Shown here in pieces: positions 1-9,206 of a stretch of DNA of 32,000 nt. A program made the translations under genes and the position numbers. How positions within the stretch are numbered: the first letter of the stretch is position 1; every line of letters begins with the position of its first letter. Origin of the DNA: Candidatus Stoquefichus sp. SB1 (lineage in GTDB: Bacteria > Bacillota_I > Bacilli_A > Erysipelotrichales > Coprobacillaceae). The DNA lies in assembly GCF_001244545.1 (NCBI RefSeq), contig NZ_LN852694.1, forward strand, positions 619,747 through 651,746, written 5' to 3'. The notes under the pieces were generated by a model. It did no database searches. It was not told the DNA's origin and was given only the letters and a program-made list of their open reading frames with translations.

Positions 1-1
1 T

Positions 2-280
2 TTAGCTAAGTTATGTGTAGACATGATTCTAACTGAAGAATATGGTACATATCATGCAACAAACGAAGGAATATGTTCATGGTATGAATTTGCATGTGAG
101 ATATTTAAACAAGCAGAGATGGATGTAAAAGTGAATCCTGTTGATTCTAATGCTTTTCCAGCAAAAGCGAAAAGACCATCTAATAGTCGTATGAATAAGA
201 CAGAATTAGATAAACATGGATTTAAAAGATTGCCTACATGGCAAGATGCGTTGAGAAGATATATAATTTTTTTAAAATAA
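2..280 (+). CDS. rmlD: dTDP-4-dehydrorhamnose reductase, C-terminal part (gene runs off the left edge)
   Basis: Open frame from base 2 (LAKLCVDMILTEEYGTYHATNEGICSWYEFACEIF...KRPSNSRMNKTELDKHGFKRLPTWQDALRRY), a typical RmlD C-terminus. Confidence 0.9.
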   Translation, partial: LAKLCVDMILTEEYGTYHATNEGICSWYEFACEIFKQAEMDVKVNPVDSNAFPAKAKRPSNSRMNKTELDKHGFKRLPTWQDALRRYIIFLK

Positions 281-329
281 TAAAAATTATATAAAGTTTA
301 AACTAGAAAAGCAGTGAAGTGGAAGTGGC

Positions 330-909
330 ACTAAAAATATTAGAGAATGGATTTTCCTTGTCGCTGCTGTCCTGTTTCTTTTTTAACTGAGAGAACTTAA
401 GATAGATATTGTTAAGACAATAGTTTTTCTCTTTTGAAAGATTTTTGGCAAGATGGAAACGATATCTTGTCAGGCGCTGAAGAGCGACATATGTAGCACC
501 ACACCACTCATGAAGTTTCTTACATCGACCAACGCAAATGTAGTCGTCAATAAGCCAGGCATCACTGGGATCATTCTTAGGTCTATCAATGTAGGATTTT
601 ATAGTTTTTAATCATTTTGGGATTAACACAGTAAACCTTACAGTGAAGTTGTCCTAATTCTTCATTCATGAAAAGGGCATTCGCAATATGAAAGAAATAA
701 AGAGAAGTGGATTCCATACAAATGAGAACATGAGATAAATGATTCAAGTGAGCAGTGGAAATAATTTTATTAATCATCTCAAGAGAACCATCTAAAGTAT
801 TCTTAAAGGAGAGATTAAAATAGACATCCTGATTGAAATTCATAGCACAAACTTGGTTAGTATCAAGACTAACATCAATACCAAGATATAAGGTAGAAGT
901 AATAGTCAT
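330..909 (-). pseudogene. IS110-family transposase N-terminal half, frameshifted and 3' truncated
   Basis: ATG at 909 with upstream AAAGGAGG; MTITSTLYLGIDVSLDTNQVCAMNF... and CMESTSLY...; after a frameshift near 590 it continues as SYIDRPKNDPSDAWLIDDYICVGR...RLTRYRFHLAK...FSNIFSATSTSLL (DEDD-type IS110 signatures). Confidence 0.8.
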
Positions 910-1275
910 AGATACCACCTCCTTTCGATTGGGATCAAGAAATAAGACAATGATTTTATCCCACCTGGTTATATCATAAGACAACCTCGTAATGAGAACT
1001 CATCCTTCAAACACAAGTGCTACTGAAAGAAGGCGGAACAACGTCTGAGTAAGAAATTAAGATATAACATGGGCAAACAGGCTTTAAAAGAACTATGAAA
1101 TCACGCAATGCATGAACAAGGAGAAAAGGAAGTGACCATCATATTATTTCTAAATAAATAATAACGCAAGAGGGATAAAACGGAAAGAATTTTTTGAATG
1201 GGACTAGTCCCATTCAAACGGCTAAACTGTAAAGAATTAATCTTTACAAATACTATTATATGAGGAGATAAACAT

Positions 1276-2301
1276 ATGAGATTAAAAAAAATTCTAGCAA
1301 TTGATTTTATTAGGGTAATATGCGCACTAGGGGTAATTGTTTATCATTTTTCATGTCATTTAAATAATACAAGATTTTTACCATTTTATTCTTTTGTAAA
1401 TGGTGATTGGGGAGATGTGTTTGTTACGATATTTTTTATGCTTTCTGGCGGAATGCTTTACTACAGTTATAGTAATGTAACTTCATTAAAAGATTATTAT
1501 TATAGGAGATGGAAGTCATTATATCCAATGTTTTATATAGCATTTGCTTATTTCTTTTTACAAAATATTTTTTCTTTTGGAAATGTATTTTATAGAGGAA
1601 AACCGACAAGTCTAATCTTATCTTTATTAGGAATTGATGGATATTTTCTTTATCGTTATGAAAATTATTATATTTTAGGTGAATGGTTTTTAGGTGCAAT
1701 TATAATTCTTTATATTATTTATCCCATTTTTGTGCGTTTATTTAATAAAAGTGATAAAATTACATTACTAGTTCTTTTTTTATCATATTTATGGGTATTA
1801 AATACAAGTTTTTTTATCATAGGAGATTTTAGGAATATTATTTCTTGCCTCTTTAGTTTCTCAGTAGGAATGCTTTTTATTAAATATACAAAATTTTTCT
1901 TAGAGAATCTATATATACTACTTTTAGCCATAGGAATCACTATAATTATATGTTTTTTTTATTTAAATTTAGGATCGAATTTTGCATCACATTTAATGGG
2001 ATTTTCTCTTTTTATCGTTTTATTTCATTTGGGTAAATATGTTATGAAATTTAATTGTTTAAAAAAATTATTTGAAGAAATAAGTAAAATTTCTTATGCG
2101 ATTTTTTTGTTACAACATCTTGTTATTTTACAAGTTTTAAATTTTAGAAATCCTTCAAATGCGTTGAATGTTCTGATTTTACTATTTTTTACGATAGGAT
2201 TAATTTTAATCTATGCAAAAATTTTATATATAATAAATAATTCCATACTTAATAGTAGTGTGTATTTGTATTTTGAAAATAAATTTTTAAATAAAAAGTA
2301 G
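1276..2301 (+). CDS. Acyltransferase-3 family membrane protein (polysaccharide O-acyltransferase)
   Basis: 341 aa, multi-TM; N-terminal KKILAIDFIRVICALGVIVYHF and FFMLSGGMLYYSY typical of acyltransferase-3 proteins; RBS-like GAGGAG upstream. Confidence 0.85.
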   Translation: MRLKKILAIDFIRVICALGVIVYHFSCHLNNTRFLPFYSFVNGDWGDVFVTIFFMLSGGMLYYSYSNVTSLKDYYYRRWKSLYPMFYIAFAYFFLQNIFSFGNVFYRGKPTSLILSLLGIDGYFLYRYENYYILGEWFLGAIIILYIIYPIFVRLFNKSDKITLLVLFLSYLWVLNTSFFIIGDFRNIISCLFSFSVGMLFIKYTKFFLENLYILLLAIGITIIICFFYLNLGSNFASHLMGFSLFIVLFHLGKYVMKFNCLKKLFEEISKISYAIFLLQHLVILQVLNFRNPSNALNVLILLFFTIGLILIYAKILYIINNSILNSSVYLYFENKFLNKK

Positions 2302-2728
2302 TTTTACTTAAAATGTTAATTGCTAAATTACTGATGTTTTTAATAATCATGAGGGAAACTTAACATGAGTTAGGTTCTCTAGTAATCCAAAATAACTTAT
2401 GGTAAACAATTTATGGGTCATAAAACACATTTTTTTTGGGGGGATTATATCTCCCGCCATGTTTTGTAGTGGACTTTTGGAAACTCTAAAGCGTTGATAT
2501 GCAATGGTTTCCCTGCCCATTTTTTATTTGCCCTCCAAGTTTTTTGCTTTTTTCTAAAAAATTACGATACTCAAATTTATTCTGGGGTCAAGTCTAAATA
2601 GGCTTTAAATCACTGGGGGGTTAAGTATCAAATAAAGGTAGAATAAAGTGATGAAGATTTCTGATATGATCCCACTAAAGTAGACACACGAAAAAACAAA
2701 CATGTAGCTATGAAGGTGGGATTTTTCT

Positions 2729-3445
2729 ATGGGAAGAAAACCTAAATTATCAACAGAAGAAAAAGTATATGTATGTGAACAATATTTACAAGGTAACCAA
2801 AGCATAAGGAATCTAGCAGATGAATTTGGTGTAGAAGAAAGTATTATTTATAAATGGGTAAATAAGTATAGGTCTTATGGCCCTGGAGTTTTTGATTCTA
2901 AGCCTCACAATTCAAAGTATACCAAAGAGTTTAAACAAGAAGTTGTAGAAGCTTATCTGACTGGAGAAGGTTCAATTGAAGTGATCGCAAATAAATATAA
3001 TGTTCATTCAGATTCTACTGTAATGAGTTGGATAAAGAAGTATAATAACCTTGAAGAACTTAAGGATTACAATCCTAAGTGGGAGATTTATATGAAAGAT
3101 TACAGTAGAAAAACAACTTATGAGGAACGTATTGAAATTGTCAACGATTGTTTAACAAATGATAAGAACTATAAGGGAACAGCACATAAATTCAATGTTT
3201 CTTATACACAGGTTTATCAATGGGTTAAAAAATATGAAAAATATGGTGAAGAAGGACTTATTGATAAAAGAGGAAAACGTAAAGATGAAGAACAGTTAAG
3301 TGAAACAGAAATATTGCAGCATAAAGTCAAAATGCTTGAACGTCAGCTTAAAGAAAAAGAAATGGAGAATGAAGTACTAAAAAAAGTACAGGAAATCGAA
3401 AGGATGCGATTTTCGCCAAAACGAAAAACGAAGCGAAATACTTAG
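2729..3445 (+). CDS. IS3-family transposase OrfA (HTH protein)
   Basis: 238 aa with repeated HTH segments (SIRNLADEFGVEESIIYKWVNKY; FNVSYTQVYQWVKKYEKYGEEGLIDKRG) and C-terminal leucine-zipper-like helix. Confidence 0.9.
   Translation: MGRKPKLSTEEKVYVCEQYLQGNQSIRNLADEFGVEESIIYKWVNKYRSYGPGVFDSKPHNSKYTKEFKQEVVEAYLTGEGSIEVIANKYNVHSDSTVMSWIKKYNNLEELKDYNPKWEIYMKDYSRKTTYEERIEIVNDCLTNDKNYKGTAHKFNVSYTQVYQWVKKYEKYGEEGLIDKRGKRKDEEQLSETEILQHKVKMLERQLKEKEMENEVLKKVQEIERMRFSPKRKTKRNT
3379..3386 (+). promoter_or_regulatory. Programmed -1 ribosomal frameshift site (A7G slippery run)
   Basis: CTA AAA AAA G in the OrfA frame; the -1 frame reads KKSTGNRKDAIFAKTKNEAKYLAIKELHETKKYSIQWMCKVL and runs into OrfB without a stop. 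Confidence 0.75.
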
Positions 3446-3489
3446 CCATTAAGGAGCTTCATGAAACAAAGAAGTATAGTATCCAATGG

Positions 3490-4407
3490 ATGTGTAAGGT
3501 GTTGTCTGTTCAACGTTCAGCATACTATAAATGGTTAAATCGCCCTATTCCAGCTAATGAACAGGAGAATCAAGCATTATCTGAAATTATCATGGAATAT
3601 CATCAAAGATATGGTGGTATTCTAGGCGTAAGAAGAATGCGCATGTTTATCAATCGTCATTACAATAAGAACTATAATCATAAACGTATTCGTAGAATCA
3701 TGAAGATATTGGGAATTCATTCAAGTATAAGAAGGAGAAGAAAAGGATGTACAATTGCGAATAAAGCAGATCAGAAAGCAGAAAATATACTACATCATGA
3801 ATTTGAAGCAACAAAGCCTAATGAAAAATGGACAACAGGTGTCACAGAATTTAAAGTTCCACATTCACATGAAAAGATCTATTTAAGTGCATTCCTTGCT
3901 CCATATGATCGTTCAATTGTATCATGGATCATCAATAATAGAAATGACAATGCGCTTGTATTAGATACTTTAAATAAGGCGATAGAAGCAAATCCTAATG
4001 CACATCCCCTAATGCATTCGGATAGAGGATTTCAATACACAAGTCAAGCATTTCAACATCAATTGAAAAATGAGGAAATGATTCAATCGATGTCAAGAGT
4101 AGCGAGTTGTATAGATAATGGACCAACGGAAGGATTATGGGGAATAATCAAGACAGAAATGTATCAAATGTATGAGATTTATGATAAAGATAGTCTAATA
4201 GAAGCAATAGAAAAATATATACAATTTTACAATTATGAAAGGTATCAGGAACGATATCAATCAAAAGCACCAATGGAAGTAAGAAAGGAAGCAATGAATA
4301 GAGAAGAACCAAAACAATATCCAATACCATTCAATTCAAGAATTGCAAAGTATAAAGAGTCACTAGTACAATTAAAAACCCAATCAGCAACATGCCAATT
4401 GGGATAA
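3490..4407 (+). CDS. IS3-family transposase OrfB (DDE integrase core)
   Basis: HTH_21-like RYGGILGVRRMRMFINRHYNKNYNHKRIRRIM; DDE core TTGVTEFKVPHSHEKIYLSAFLAPYDRSIVSW, HSDRGFQYTS, DNGPTEGLWGIIKTEMY. Confidence 0.95.
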   Translation: MCKVLSVQRSAYYKWLNRPIPANEQENQALSEIIMEYHQRYGGILGVRRMRMFINRHYNKNYNHKRIRRIMKILGIHSSIRRRRKGCTIANKADQKAENILHHEFEATKPNEKWTTGVTEFKVPHSHEKIYLSAFLAPYDRSIVSWIINNRNDNALVLDTLNKAIEANPNAHPLMHSDRGFQYTSQAFQHQLKNEEMIQSMSRVASCIDNGPTEGLWGIIKTEMYQMYEIYDKDSLIEAIEKYIQFYNYERYQERYQSKAPMEVRKEAMNREEPKQYPIPFNSRIAKYKESLVQLKTQSATCQLG

Positions 4408-4740
4408 AAATTTTATTTATTTTGTGTGTCCACTTGACAGGGACTAGATCATTTACTGATTTCTACCTTTTTATTTGGCTTATTCAATCTCGTTTAGTTA
4501 TTGTTTTATTATTTTATTTTCTTTTTATATTTTCCACGTTTTCTTCCTTGTCTTTTTATGATTTGTAGTTTGTCTAAAGAAGATGGAAGTGATTTTTTAT
4601 TTACTGAATATTATAAGAAGATTAATTTTATGAGAAGTTAGACAATAAAGTCTTATATTTTAAGGATTATTGTCTTTTTAACTTCTCATAAAAAATTGAT
4701 GAAATTATTATATATTCAAACAAGAAGGAGGAGATGAAAA

Positions 4741-5898
4741 ATGAATACACAAGAATACATTAATTTTATACCTATTTATATTAAAAGATTGGTGGAGGAT
4801 CCAATATCAGAGAAAGAGATATCACATACGAGGAACACCAATAGATTTGTAATATATTGATGGAACTATTTCTCAACAAAGGGAGCTTCTTAGAGTCATT
4901 CATTTTTTGTCAGATGATCAGCTACATGGAGGGTTAACACGCCGATATACAGCTTCTAAAAATACAATTCAATTATCAGATGAAAAAGCGACTATTTACG
5001 ATGAATTTTTAATCTATTTAGAAAGTACTGGTTTATCACACAGCACAGTAAAACATTATTCACATATGTCCATGGTGTTCTTAGATTATCTATCACAAAG
5101 ACAAATAATCGATATTTCTGTGATTTATCTATCTGCAATGATTTTATCAAAACTTTTTCTAATTACAGTTTTAAAACAGTTGAACAGAATATTTGTGGAT
5201 TAAGGTATTTTTTGAGATATCTTCACCTAAAGAATCAACTTTCTGTTGATTTGGCATCTAAAATTCACATGCCAGCTATTTCAAAAACAAGATCAATACC
5301 ATCTGTCTGGTCAGCTGAAGAACTTACCAATTTATTAAAAGCCATTGATCGAAACAGTCCTCTAGGAAAACGTGATTATGCAATGATTCTTTTAGCTTGT
5401 ATACTAGGGATAAGAAGCAGTGATATTAAAAATTTAAAATTTGATAATTTTGACTGGGAAAACAGAAAGATTTCCTTCGTTCAACACAAGACTAAAAAAC
5501 TTTTAACTTTGCCTTTGCCTAATGAAGTTGGTTGGGCAGTTATAGATTATATCAAGAATGGCAGACCTGCTTTTTATGATACTTCATATGTATTTATTAA
5601 GCATATGCCACCCTTTGATTCCTTTTCTGAAGGAAATCACTTAAGTGATATTATTAAACGATACATGAATAAAGCAGGAATACCGGCTACTAAAAACAGA
5701 CACTCTGGTTTTCATTCCATGCGACACGCGGCAGCTTCTTTATTACTGGAAGCCGGAACACAACTGCCAATTATTACAGAAATCCTTGGTCATTCAAATC
5801 CTGACATTACTGCAATATATTTAAAAACGGATATTAATAAGCTGAAAGAGTGCATATTGCCTCTAACATTTGATGATGAAACAATTAAAATTCAATAG
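4741..5898 (+). pseudogene. ritA: Tyrosine recombinase 1 of the trio, with two apparent frameshifts (near 4850 and 5135)
   Basis: MNTQEYINFIPIYIKRLVEDP... then ...SQQRELLRVIHFLSDDQL...YDEFLIYLESTGLSHSTVKHYSH...YLSQRQ then DLSICNDFIKTFSNYSFKTVEQNICGLRYFLRYL...; catalytic-domain motifs ACILGIRSSDI, HSMRHAAAS, LGHSNPDITAIYLK. Confidence 0.75.
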
Positions 5899-6859
5899 TG
5901 TATTTAAAAAAGAATTTCAGGATTTGATCAATTTAAAACAAGTACAAGGATTTACGTATCTCTCAGAAAGTTCAGCTTTTCTTCGATTAGACAAGTTTTT
6001 TGATGAAAACAAAATTACAGAAAAAGAAATCACACGTGATACAGCAGATAAATGGTGTAGAAAAACATCTTATGAAACTGCCAATAACCAGGCAAGAAGA
6101 ATATCGAATTTAAGAGTATTCTGTACATATCTAAATGATATTGGAATTAAAGCTTATATTCCACCTGAAGGCTTAGTAAGAAAAATCCCCAAATATGATG
6201 CACATATTTATACAGATGATGAATTAAAACGATTCTTTGAAGCAGTAGACCAAAGCAGAAGTGTTCCATCTGTATCACCATACAGACATTTGGTTATGCC
6301 AATATTTTTTAGAATTCTATATACCAGTGGGTTGAGAGTATCTGAATTAAGACTTCTAAAAATTAGAGATTTTCACTTGCATAAAGGCTATCTAATCGTC
6401 CGAAGCGGAAAAAACAATAAAGCCAGAATCGTACCAGTTCACCCAGCATTAATTCAAAAATGTATTGAATTAAAGAATATGATACACAAAGAATCAGAAG
6501 AAGATGAATACTTTTTTATGATAACTCCTGGTGTACCAATGAAGCTTCATACGGTTTACCGTAATTTTAGACGATACCTAGAAAAAGCAGGTATTTCGCA
6601 TACTGGAAATGGTCCAAGAGTCCACGATTTCAGGCATACCTATTGTATTAATTTATTAAAAATGTGGTTGGAAGAGGGAAAAGATTTGCTTAACTATCTA
6701 CCATATATGAAAACTATGCTTGGACATGAAAGATTTGATGAAACAGCTTATTACTTAAAACTTACACAATCACTTTTTCCAACTCTAACAGGGAAACTAG
6801 AGGAAGCATACTCAGAAATGATTAAGGTGGTGATTCCAAATGAGAAAGAATTCTACTGA
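5870..6859 (+). CDS. ritB: Tyrosine recombinase 2 of the trio
   Basis: 329 aa intact ORF overlapping its neighbours; motifs YTSGLRVSELRLL, VHDFRHTYCINLL, MLGHERFDETAYYLKL. Confidence 0.85.
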   Translation: MMMKQLKFNSVFKKEFQDLINLKQVQGFTYLSESSAFLRLDKFFDENKITEKEITRDTADKWCRKTSYETANNQARRISNLRVFCTYLNDIGIKAYIPPEGLVRKIPKYDAHIYTDDELKRFFEAVDQSRSVPSVSPYRHLVMPIFFRILYTSGLRVSELRLLKIRDFHLHKGYLIVRSGKNNKARIVPVHPALIQKCIELKNMIHKESEEDEYFFMITPGVPMKLHTVYRNFRRYLEKAGISHTGNGPRVHDFRHTYCINLLKMWLEEGKDLLNYLPYMKTMLGHERFDETAYYLKLTQSLFPTLTGKLEEAYSEMIKVVIPNEKEFY

Positions 6860-7858
6860 TTTTTCTCAATATGTTAATTCTTTTTAACAGAATTTCTCCC
6901 TCATCATCGTAATTATTCAAAAAATACTATTCTAAGTTATAAAGATACATTAAAACTCTTTGTGAGATTTCTAATAAATGAACAAGAAATTAACATTAAT
7001 CAATTTACAATGAAAGATTTTACTAGAAAGATTATTATTGAATTTTTAGAATATTTAAGAGCCACTGGATGCAGTAGTTCAACTGCGAATCAAAGGCTGG
7101 CAGTTCTAAAAAGTTTCGCCAATTACTGTCAAATTGATTCTATTGAAAATATGTTTAGTTTACAGGAAGTTATGCATATAAAATCAAAAAAGACAGTTAT
7201 AAAAGAAATAGGATATTTAGATGAAACTCAAATGAGGGCATTAATAAATGAACCTGATGTCAACAGATTAAGTGGACTAAAGCATAAAACCCTATTATGT
7301 TTATTGTACGATACAGGTGCACGTGTCCAAGAAATATGCGATTTAAAAGTAAAAGATATATTTCTTGAAAATCATCCAACTGTTAAATTAAGTGGAAAAG
7401 GAAATAAAACAAGAATAATACCTATTTCTAGTGATATGAAGCAGCTTCTTAATATTTATATTAATACATTTCAGACTGATACAAAAATGAATGACCGTTA
7501 TTTATTCCTTAACAAGGATATGCATCAGCTTTCTCGAGATGGCGTTAAATATATCATAGACAAATATACAGCTTCTATTTTGAAAAGAGATTCCACATTT
7601 CCTAAAAAAGTAACTCCTCATATGTTTAGATATAGTAAAAGTATGCATATGGTGGCAACAGGAATTCCAATCATTTATATAAGAGATTTTCTAGGACATG
7701 AAAATATTACGACTACAATGATATATGCAAAAGCTGATACACGATTAAAAGAAAAAGCAATAAATAAATTAGCGCCTCAAATCATAAAAGATGAAGAAAG
7801 CAAGCCGGACTGGACAAAAAATCAGGATCTATTAGATTTTTTAAATACATTCAAGTAA
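6840..7858 (+). pseudogene. ritC: Tyrosine recombinase 3 of the trio, with one N-terminal frameshift in a T run
   Basis: ATG at 6840 gives MRKNSTDFSQYVNSF*; restoring one base gives LLTEFLPHHRNYSKNTILSYKDTLKLFVRFL continuous with the 6962 ORF; motifs YDTGARVQEICDL, HMFRYSKSMHM, LGHENITTTMIYAKAD. Confidence 0.8.
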
Positions 7859-7934
7859 AATATTATGCCGAGAAAATAAATAGAAAATCATTTAAAATAA
7901 AGACTTTTTGAATTTAACTCGGCATAATAACTAA

Positions 7935-8225
7935 CTCCACATAAGGAAGACCATTAAGTCCATTACTTTCAAATATCTATCTTAATGAATTTGATAAGGA
8001 AATAGAAAGCATGGGAATGAGCAAATACAAGAAAAAGTTACTGGCATATAGTCAATAGCTTCATAATCATTAGAATGCTAATCAACGAAAGATTGAAAAG
8101 TTGGGGGGGATATATAAGAGGGCTAGAATATTATAGTTCTATAAACTTATGAAATGTCATGTAACCCTACGCACGGTGTTTGTTGTGAAAGGGGCGAAAG
8201 ATTCTAATTCTTAATCCTTATTCAA
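7935..8225 (+). pseudogene. Group II intron remnant: RT active-domain fragment plus 3' ribozyme-like end
   Basis: TPHKE(d)...PLSPLLSNIYLNEFDKEIESMGMSKYKKKLLAYSQ* resembles TPQGGPLSPLLSNIYLNELDKE; then INERLKSWGGYIRG and CCCTACGCACGGTGTTTGTTGTGAAAGGGGCGAAAGATT, similar to the usual 3' end of bacterial group II introns. Confidence 0.6.
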
Positions 8226-9135
8226 TTTGATTCTCTTTAATTTTTTCTTGGAATCTCTATTTTTTCTTGATTTTATATACTTTTCATCTAGGTATTATAT
8301 TTCTTTTTTTGTCATTTTGTATGTGTATAACTTTTATAATTGGACATCATATTTTTTTGTTTTTCTTAGTTAATACAGATGATATTTCTTTAAATTATAT
8401 ATCATACACATAATTAGAAATTCTATTCTTACATTTTCACTTCTCTTCTTATAAATTTTGTGAACTTCGTCTTGCATGATAACTCCAAATACTTTCTACC
8501 TTATGCTTCTTGGTTTATTTTATTCTTTCCGAAGTTCCGTTGATAGATTTTCATTTATTATATTGTAGAACTTATTAGGCACAATATTTCTTGATATAAT
8601 TTTATGTATTCTATAAAGCTTTTTTCAATATTCAAACCTCTTACTGCTTTGTTAGATGTTTGAATATTGAAAATTAATCTGTTCTGTTGTTTTTGTATGT
8701 GAATATGGATTATGAGTGGAACAAATTATTTTGATTTTTTTCTCTATTTTATCTTTCTATTCAACTATGAATTTCCTTTGTACTTTTATATGTGTTCTTA
8801 TTTTTTCTAATTCTTTATAATAAGTAATTATTTTTATTTCTTGATTTTTTAAAAATTCATATTAATTTTGAATGTTATTTACTTAATTGATTAAAACTTT
8901 ATTTTAGTAAAATAACAAAGTCATGCATTTTAGTAATTGTCATATGAAGTATAGAAAATATATGAGATGTCTAATAAGAAAAAATGCTAATTAACATTTA
9001 TGTTTGTGCAAAAAATGATTTTAAAAATAAATGAAAAATGTTCAATTCAATAAATAGTAAATTTATTTTAAGTTGAGTTCTTGATAGAATTTTTATCGAC
9101 AATTAGTAACATAAAAAAACAATTTATGTTTTTTA

Positions 9136-9165
9136 TTTACCTATTTATTAATATTATGCTATAAT
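9136..9165 (+). promoter_or_regulatory. Candidate promoter for the glycosyltransferase operon
   Basis: Extended -10 TGCTATAAT at 9157-9165 with a weak TTTACC -35 about 18 bp upstream, about 40 bp before the ATG at 9207. Confidence 0.5.
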
Positions 9166-9206
9166 ATAGTTGATTTGCCAAATTGGCTTTTGGAGGAAGA
9201 TTTTAT

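Larger units (their letters stand above)
2671..4447 (+). mobile_element. IS3-family insertion sequence (IS150-like), apparently complete
   Basis: orfA + orfB flanked by imperfect inverted ends CCCACTAAAGTAGACACACgAAAA (left) and TTTTGTGTGTCCACTTGACAGGG (right); boundaries approximate. Confidence 0.85.
4626..7930 (+). mobile_element. RIT-like element (three tandem tyrosine recombinases between palindromic inverted ends)
   Basis: Left end TTTTATGAGAAGTTA...TAACTTCTCATAAAA (4626-4693); right end TATTATGCCGAG...CTCGGCATAATA (7861-7930). The right end reverse-complemented aligns with the left end around AAAGTCTT.TATTTTAA..GATT. Three overlapping recombinase genes lie between. Confidence 0.75.

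Noticed and set aside
1436-1940. Minus-strand ORFs of 87 and 73 aa inside the acyltransferase gene
   Set aside because: Antisense to a well-supported CDS, low complexity, no RBS; typical shadow ORFs in AT-rich DNA. The same applies to minus-strand ORFs at 4148, 9630, 11104, 11891, 22712, 29060 and 29444.
4907-7858. Tyrosine recombinases as a phage integrase or a phase-variation invertase controlling the capsule operon
   Set aside because: No phage genes and no invertible promoter flanked by matching repeats next to the operon promoter was seen; three tandem overlapping recombinases between paired ends fit a RIT element better.
8230-9120. AT-rich, T-run-rich non-coding stretch considered as an array or ncRNA cluster
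   Set aside because: No regularly spaced direct repeats, no convincing conserved stem and no ORF of note; most likely decayed sequence.
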